A DNA stretch of 64,000 nt from Phormidium sp. (lineage in GTDB: Bacteria > Cyanobacteriota > Cyanobacteriia > Cyanobacteriales > Aerosakkonemataceae). The stretch lies in NCBI GenBank assembly GCA_051013385.1, contig CP143273.1, forward strand, positions 1,792,001-1,856,000, in the 5' to 3' direction. The position numbers were made by a program, and so were the translations under genes. Below, piece after piece: positions 58,400 through 64,000 of the stretch. The notes under the pieces are model-generated. The model saw only the letters and a program-made list of their open reading frames with translations, was not told the DNA's origin and searched no databases. How positions within the stretch are numbered: the first letter of the stretch is position 1; every line of letters starts with the position of its first letter.

Positions 58400-58930
58400 T
58401 CAACGTTTAATCGAAATCGGATTTAATAGGAAATTAGCCGCTTTTTGGGCTGTTGCTTCAGAAATGTGAATTTGTTTTAAGGTTACTAAACCATCTTTAA
58501 TAAAAGAATCTCTGACAATAGCGTTATTACCACTATTAAAAGTGGTTTCGTAAAAAACTTCGTGAATTCCCGCAGAAATTATTAATTTTAAGCAGGAAAG
58601 GCAGGGTTCTAAGGTAATATAAATAGTAGCGCCTTCTGTGGAAATGCCATGTTTGGCAGCTTGTGCGATCGCATTTGCCTCAGCATGAACCGCACGGGAA
58701 GGTAAAGTACTACTAGCATCACAACTTTCCAACCCAGGATAACAAAAACCTTGGCTAATACAATGAGCAGTTCCCGAAGGTGAACCGTTATAACCTGTCG
58801 CCACAACTTGTTTATCTTTAACAATTACTGCACCTACGGGAAAAGCTAAACAAGTAGATCTAGTAGCAGCTAATTTTGCCAACATCATGAAATATTCGTC
58901 CCATGTTGGTCTGGGTGAAGTTTCGTACAT
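58400..58930 (-). CDS. dCMP deaminase (ComEB family)
   Basis: RPTWDEYFM..A..AA.RSTC, ATGYNG, HAEANAI, PCLSC. Confidence 0.92.
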   Translation of the reverse strand: MYETSPRPTWDEYFMMLAKLAATRSTCLAFPVGAVIVKDKQVVATGYNGSPSGTAHCISQGFCYPGLESCDASSTLPSRAVHAEANAIAQAAKHGISTEGATIYITLEPCLSCLKLIISAGIHEVFYETTFNSGNNAIVRDSFIKDGLVTLKQIHISEATAQKAANFLLNPISIKR

Positions 58931-60420
58931 TATCGATCCTGAATGTATGGTTTACCTGTTTTTAAACACTCCCACGCCTTCTGCAATTCTATTCCTAAAT
59001 AAGCAGAATGTTCTGACAAAATTGCTGGGGAAGCAGCGCAAATTTCCCTAATAAGGTTTAGTGGTTTTTTGCCACTATAACAAGTAACTACTTCACCACT
59101 ACCAGGAGTCATTTGCGTGACGACTATCTCATCGTTTCTGGTTTCAATTAAAAAGTTTCCTGCTGGATCGTAATAGTCTCGTTGCTGACAAATTGCGGCA
59201 TATTGTTGTTCAATTAGGCGATCGGCATTTTCCCATGTATCATCATAAATATGCGCCGACTGACTAATAGTAATTAACGGCCCCATTTTTAAATCATAAT
59301 CAGAACGTTTGGCAATTTCGTCCCTAATATGTTTTTGCAATGCCCTTAAACCCATTGCATTTGCGGGCCATGCCATGTACATATCATTACTACGAAGAGT
59401 CGCCGTTAAAGATAATTCATTTTCCACAACTCTCACCCAAAGATGATTTAAACAAGGACTCCCGCCTTTATCATGATCTTGCACATCCCAAAGGGACATT
59501 ACTGCACTCGCTGCATCAATTTCTCCTATTAACTTGTTAATTACTTGTTCAATTTGATCTTTGCCAAACCAAGACCTTAAGCGTTGTCCGTAAGTGTATT
59601 TAACTCCTTCTCTGTAAGGCGAATCATCTAAAATTTGGGAAATGTATTCTTCTAAGAAAGTTCTATCAATTGGTAAGTAGTTCGGTTCGGGGAAATAGAA
59701 GTTTTCTGGTTCATCAGTGACAACTGCCATTAAATCAATTAATTCTTGCCATTTGCCATCGTAACCAGTGGGTCTAATTGTTCCAGTTGTCTTAATTCGG
59801 TGGATAATTTTTACCCAAGTTTCGGCAATTGTTTTGCCTTCGATACGATGTCCGTAACGATGTCCTGGTAAGACGGTTGGGGTGACTTCGACTTCGGGAA
59901 AAATTAACGGTTCTCCCCAAGGTTCTAAAATTTCTTTGGTTGAATATGAGTTGACTAAATCTACTGCTTCGCTAATTGATTTTGCTTCTTGAACTTCAAT
60001 ACTTTGCCGCAATAGTTCTAAAGCTTGGGCGGAAATTTCTATATCGATGTAACCTGTGATTGGAGATTTAATTACCCAACAATCTCGCCCGGTGTCGCTT
60101 TTCCCTTCGGTAAATCCATGAGTAAAAAAGTCTAATAAACATTGACAACCACCTGCGTTTTTATCTTCTTTAGTGGCGTTTAAAATTACTAATCTCCTGA
60201 CGTGAGGATTAGCTAATAAATTACGAATTAAAAAGGAAATTCCCCTGGTTGGACTGTATAAATTACCAATGACAGCGTAATTATCAGGTGACAAATGTTT
60301 AGCAATTGTTTGTCTGACACTCCAACCTGTAACTATGGCGGTTTGTCCTGTGCCACAAATTAACTGATTGGGTTTGTAAAGTGCATTATATTTAATTTGA
60401 ATGGCTGAGTTATTAATCAT
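58930..60420 (-). CDS. thyA: Thymidylate synthase (ThyA-type) fused to an N-terminal MtrA-like and a C-terminal DUF4346-like domain
   Basis: YTYGQRL, SPCL, RSNDM...WPAN, SAHIY. N-terminal AVIGNLYS..GISFLIRNLLANP.VR.LVI. C-terminal DPAGNFLI...HSAYLGIELQKA..L..G..YIQD. Confidence 0.82.
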   Translation of the reverse strand: MINNSAIQIKYNALYKPNQLICGTGQTAIVTGWSVRQTIAKHLSPDNYAVIGNLYSPTRGISFLIRNLLANPHVRRLVILNATKEDKNAGGCQCLLDFFTHGFTEGKSDTGRDCWVIKSPITGYIDIEISAQALELLRQSIEVQEAKSISEAVDLVNSYSTKEILEPWGEPLIFPEVEVTPTVLPGHRYGHRIEGKTIAETWVKIIHRIKTTGTIRPTGYDGKWQELIDLMAVVTDEPENFYFPEPNYLPIDRTFLEEYISQILDDSPYREGVKYTYGQRLRSWFGKDQIEQVINKLIGEIDAASAVMSLWDVQDHDKGGSPCLNHLWVRVVENELSLTATLRSNDMYMAWPANAMGLRALQKHIRDEIAKRSDYDLKMGPLITISQSAHIYDDTWENADRLIEQQYAAICQQRDYYDPAGNFLIETRNDEIVVTQMTPGSGEVVTCYSGKKPLNLIREICAASPAILSEHSAYLGIELQKAWECLKTGKPYIQDR

Positions 60421-60480
60421 AAATTTAGCGATCGCACAATGCTAAATCATATCAAATAATCAATATTTTTAGGTTAAGCA

Positions 60481-60948
60481 TTAACGCTTTTGCTTCACCA
60501 ACAACAGACAATTTCGCCCATCTTCGCTACGGTCATAAGATACGCGATCGGTCAAGCGGCGAATTAACGACCAACCAAAACCACCTTCTTGGAGTGACCC
60601 TAGTTCTGGTTCTGGTAAGGTATTCGGATCGAAAGGTTCACCTCGATCCCAAATCCGAATTTCTATGCGATCGTCCCAGATAGTAAATTGAATTTCGATC
60701 GGGGTATCTGGCGGTAATTTTTCGTGGGCGTGGCGTACTACATTGGTAAACCCTTCATCTAAGGCTAATTTTATCTCATCTAAAGGTAGGTATTGGCGAT
60801 CGCTTTTACGTACTAACCAGGAAAGCTTTGATTGATTACGAAAACATAATTCATCAAACCATGATAATACCTGGTTAAGGAAAGCGATATCACTTTTAAC
60901 AGTTAAATTCTCTTTAAAAAATATCCCTTGGCCTTTCCACCACTTCAT
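60481..60948 (-). CDS. Anti-sigma-factor-type ATP-binding protein (RsbW/HATPase_c_2)
   Basis: LALDEGFTNVVRHAH, IRIWDRG.PFDP, EGGFGW.LI..L.D.V.Y. Confidence 0.88.
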   Translation of the reverse strand: MKWWKGQGIFFKENLTVKSDIAFLNQVLSWFDELCFRNQSKLSWLVRKSDRQYLPLDEIKLALDEGFTNVVRHAHEKLPPDTPIEIQFTIWDDRIEIRIWDRGEPFDPNTLPEPELGSLQEGGFGWSLIRRLTDRVSYDRSEDGRNCLLLVKQKR

Positions 60949-60963
60949 AAGAAGTACCTAAAT

Positions 60964-61734
60964 TTAACGATGATAATTAGTTGCATTTACACTCAATTCT
61001 GGCATAGATGCTATAAAATTTGCTTTTCCCAAATAGCGAATTCCTTCGGGTTTAGTTTCAAAGCGATAAGCTAAAACCTCCACACCTTGCGCTACTGCTT
61101 CTCGTAACATTTTCCCATAAACCGGATCGACCAGATCTCCGGGGGCAAAACTGTCGCAGTCTCCCCTATTTATAAAATAAAGCATTACTGCCCGTCCTGT
61201 GGGTAAAATTGAGATTAATTCTTGTAAATGTTTTTGCCCTCTGGTGGTGACAGTATCGGGGAATACTGCTAATCTACCTTGCGACCAAGTGGTATTTTTT
61301 ACTTCCACATAAACAGGCACATTTGTCTCGCTTCCTGATAATAAAAAGTCAATGCGGCTTTTTTTATCTCGCCCATAAACTACTTCTGGTTTAATTTGTT
61401 TATAATCACTTAATTCCGGGAAAATTCCGGCTTCTAAACCGAGTTTAACAACTCGGTTAGGCAAGTTTGTATTAATTCCTACCCAAGTCGGTTCATTATC
61501 AGAAACTTGAATCATTTCCCAAGTATAAGCAAGTTTCCTAGTTGGACTTGGGTTATGAGAAACTTGTACCAGACTACCTGGAGTAGAAACCCCGGTCATT
61601 GGCCCTGTATTAGGACAATGTGCTGTAATTAATTCGCCTGTATCTAACTCTATATCAGCCAAAAATCGTTTATACCGTTTAATTAAAATACCCGACAAAA
61701 GAGGAGGGAATTGATAAATAAAATGAGAATTCAT
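60964..61734 (-). CDS. sfsA: DNA/RNA nuclease SfsA
   Basis: KRYKRFLAD, AHCPNTGPM, SRIDFLL, YVEVKN, FPDTVTTRGQKHL. Confidence 0.95.
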   Translation of the reverse strand: MNSHFIYQFPPLLSGILIKRYKRFLADIELDTGELITAHCPNTGPMTGVSTPGSLVQVSHNPSPTRKLAYTWEMIQVSDNEPTWVGINTNLPNRVVKLGLEAGIFPELSDYKQIKPEVVYGRDKKSRIDFLLSGSETNVPVYVEVKNTTWSQGRLAVFPDTVTTRGQKHLQELISILPTGRAVMLYFINRGDCDSFAPGDLVDPVYGKMLREAVAQGVEVLAYRFETKPEGIRYLGKANFIASMPELSVNATNYHR

Positions 61735-61740
61735 GCTGAT

Positions 61741-62925
61741 TTATTGTAATTTTAGAGATTGCATTCTTTTTTTCATTGCCTTAGCTGCTAAGGTGTAACC
61801 GCCATCTGCACCATCGACAAAGTGTACTTGGCGACCATTGCGTTCAAAGACTAGACAGGTAACTATGGCGCGATCGGAATTATGTAGTCCATAAACTAAC
61901 TCTCCTTGCTGATACTGAGTTTCTAGATACTTGGTTAATTGCTGCCTTTGTTCTGAGTTACCAGCAATAACCATACGCAGTATATCATCAAACTTTTTAT
62001 AATCTGTAGAATCTAAGAAAAGATTTTTATATTCTCCCCAATCCATGTCGCTAACTTTTAGCTTGAAGTTCATAAAAAATGCTCCTAAATAGTTTTCTAG
62101 TTTAATTTTGGATAAATACCATTGCTGTTGTAACCAATTACCTACTGGCGATCGCACTTTCGTTTCCAGCATCAGTTTTCTTTCATCAAAAGTCAGTTTC
62201 AGATTAGCTAGAGGAATCGGATGAAAGTCTGTTTCTTTACCATAAATTTCGCTAAATTTATTTAAAAGTTGCCTGTAAATACAATTAACTTCTTTCGGTT
62301 CACTACTTGTTGCTAATACCAAAATACTGACTATTTCACCATGCTGACTATGCACATCTTGCCAACGACATTCTAACCCAGAAAAATCTGCCTTTGGTTG
62401 ATATTCATGCTCTTTAACTAAATAAATAACCGCGTAATCTGGGTTTTTAACTAAATCTGTAGCATGAGTCAATCCATAACTATTAAAAACTGCTTGCTGA
62501 TAATTTTTCGAAACTTTTAATTTAGCAATTTTGATATCGTATCCATTTTTATTAACTACCGATACCGGGACGATTCCCACTCTTAAATCCAACTGAAATT
62601 CCTGCTTTGCCAAAATTTTAGTAGCTAATAAAGCTGCTTTAGCTTGGGGTAAAAGTGAAGGTGGAATTAACAACGAAGCACCATCCCCACCAAAGACAAA
62701 AGGCACCTCAAAATCTGTAGCAATATTTAAAATTGCCACAATGGAACAAGCGCCAATTAAGTTAACTTCTTTGTAACGTCCTGATTCGATCGCTTTTGTA
62801 GAACCAACAATATCTGTAACTATAACTTGCCAATCAGCAGGTACAGAAACATAATTTTTAGAATTAGTAATTTCCAGAAAATCTGCTAAAGCAGGTAACT
62901 CAGAATAAAAATAGTCCGTTGACAT
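61741..62925 (-). CDS. DUF3095 family protein (nucleotide-cyclase-like fold)
   Basis: TDIVGSTKAIESGRYKEVN, FVFGGDGA, GLECRW, KFDD.LRM, HFVDGADGGY. Confidence 0.88.
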   Translation of the reverse strand: MSTDYFYSELPALADFLEITNSKNYVSVPADWQVIVTDIVGSTKAIESGRYKEVNLIGACSIVAILNIATDFEVPFVFGGDGASLLIPPSLLPQAKAALLATKILAKQEFQLDLRVGIVPVSVVNKNGYDIKIAKLKVSKNYQQAVFNSYGLTHATDLVKNPDYAVIYLVKEHEYQPKADFSGLECRWQDVHSQHGEIVSILVLATSSEPKEVNCIYRQLLNKFSEIYGKETDFHPIPLANLKLTFDERKLMLETKVRSPVGNWLQQQWYLSKIKLENYLGAFFMNFKLKVSDMDWGEYKNLFLDSTDYKKFDDILRMVIAGNSEQRQQLTKYLETQYQQGELVYGLHNSDRAIVTCLVFERNGRQVHFVDGADGGYTLAAKAMKKRMQSLKLQ

Positions 62926-62989
62926 ACTTTTCGGAATCGCCAGTTCGCGATTGAATAGGTAAGGTACGTTTAGTAATTCTTAAGAGTTT

Positions 62990-64000
62990 GTGTCTGCAAT
63001 CAAGAAACCCTCTCGAACTTTAGTTAGCATTGCCGGAATTGTAGCTGTAGCGACCCTGATTAGTAAAGTCTTTGGGTTAGTGCGTCAGCAAGCGATCGCC
63101 GCCGCCTTTGGAGTAGGCGCAGCTGCCAATGCTTACAGCTACGCCTACATTCTCCCAGGTTTTTTATTAGTATTGCTAGGTGGCATCAACGGCCCTTTTC
63201 ACAGTGCTTTGGTTAGCGTACTAGCGAAACGGGAAAAAGAAGAGGCTGCACCTATTGTAGAAACAATTACTACTTTTGTCAGTGGGCTTTTATTACTAGT
63301 TACGATCGCTTTAATTATTTTCGCTGAACCATTAATGGATTTAGTCGCACCCGGATTAAATCAAACCCAAGGAGTTACCGCAGCACAAGCACAGACACTT
63401 GCACTGACTAAAGCGATCGCCATTCAACAACTACAAATTATGGCACCGATGGCTTTATTTGCGGGTTTAATTGGCATTGGTTTTGCTACATTAAATTCCG
63501 CCGATCAGTATTGGTTGCCTTCAATTAGTCCCCTATTTTCCAGCATTACAGTAATTGGCGGATTAGCAGGTTTAGCCATAGTTTTAGGTGGCAAAATTAC
63601 CTCTCCTGAATATGCGATGTTAGGCGGAATAGTGTTAGCGATCGGCACATTAGCTGGAGCTATTTTACAATGGTTAGTGCAGATAATTGCTCAATGGCGA
63701 TCGGGTTTAGGAACCTTACGTTTGCGCTTTGATTTTCAAAATTCTGGAGTCAAAGAAGTGCTGAGAATTATGGCACCTGCAACCTTTTCTTCTGGGATGT
63801 TACATATTAACGTTTACACCGATTTATTCTTCGCTTCTTTCATCCCCCAAGCTGCTGCTAGTTTAAGCTATGCCGGACTTTTAGTGCAAACTCCATTAGG
63901 CATTATTTCCAACGTTTTATTAGTTCCCTTTCTCCCCATCTTTTCCCGACTTGCTGACCCTAAAGATTGGTCAGAATTAAAACAAAGAATTCGTCAAGCA
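62990..64000 (+). CDS. murJ: Lipid II flippase MurJ (MviN), runs off the right edge
   Basis: Manual translation from GTG at 62990: MSAIKKPSRTLVSIAGIVAVATLISKVFGLVRQQAIAAAFGVG...GGINGPFHSA... Confidence 0.93.
   Translation, partial: MSAIKKPSRTLVSIAGIVAVATLISKVFGLVRQQAIAAAFGVGAAANAYSYAYILPGFLLVLLGGINGPFHSALVSVLAKREKEEAAPIVETITTFVSGLLLLVTIALIIFAEPLMDLVAPGLNQTQGVTAAQAQTLALTKAIAIQQLQIMAPMALFAGLIGIGFATLNSADQYWLPSISPLFSSITVIGGLAGLAIVLGGKITSPEYAMLGGIVLAIGTLAGAILQWLVQIIAQWRSGLGTLRLRFDFQNSGVKEVLRIMAPATFSSGMLHINVYTDLFFASFIPQAAASLSYAGLLVQTPLGIISNVLLVPFLPIFSRLADPKDWSELKQRIRQA

Noticed and set aside
58930..60420. Phage-type dCMP hydroxymethylase or DNA hypermodification system
   Set aside because: The specificity residue is Asn (WPAN), as in dUMP-using enzymes, and no glycosyltransferase or phage genes are adjacent.

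Overview
A 64 kb chromosomal window from a cyanobacterium. The evidence is dense HIP1 (GCGATCGC) sites, STRR-type tandem repeats and cyanobacterial-type chlB, glgA and hemC. A filamentous Oscillatoriales-like organism is likely, but that is inference. The backbone is housekeeping: alpha-hydroxy-acid oxidase, hemC, glgA, htrA-like protease, scpB, ubiD, tRNA-Glu, pgl, a fraH-like/FHA cluster, chlB, rph, an adk paralog, sfsA and murJ. Accessory material is interleaved, and five features stand out. (1) An AT-rich, HIP1-poor three-gene operon (49926-53364, minus) encodes two paralogous TRAFAC-type GTPases and a membrane protein with a GAP1-N-like N-terminus. It resembles a minimal, membrane-anchored double-GTPase conflict system. 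(2) A thymidylate synthase is sandwiched between an MtrA-like and a DUF4346-like domain and translationally coupled to a dCMP deaminase. It sits in a nucleotide-metabolism cluster that has candidate NrdR boxes. (3) A DUF559 nuclease gene is bracketed by 41-bp BoxC-like inverted repeats. (4) A ~6 kb patchwork (40950-46811) of Uma2, antirepressor-like, PD-(D/E)XK, Panacea TA, DUF29 and orphan or chimeric antitoxin genes has its junctions at GTGCGATCGC-type HIP1 sites. (5) Several MITE/REP-like elements are present, one with a target-site duplication and one nested. No CRISPR array, rRNA or intact transposase was seen. All family assignments come from reading motifs by eye, not from database searches.
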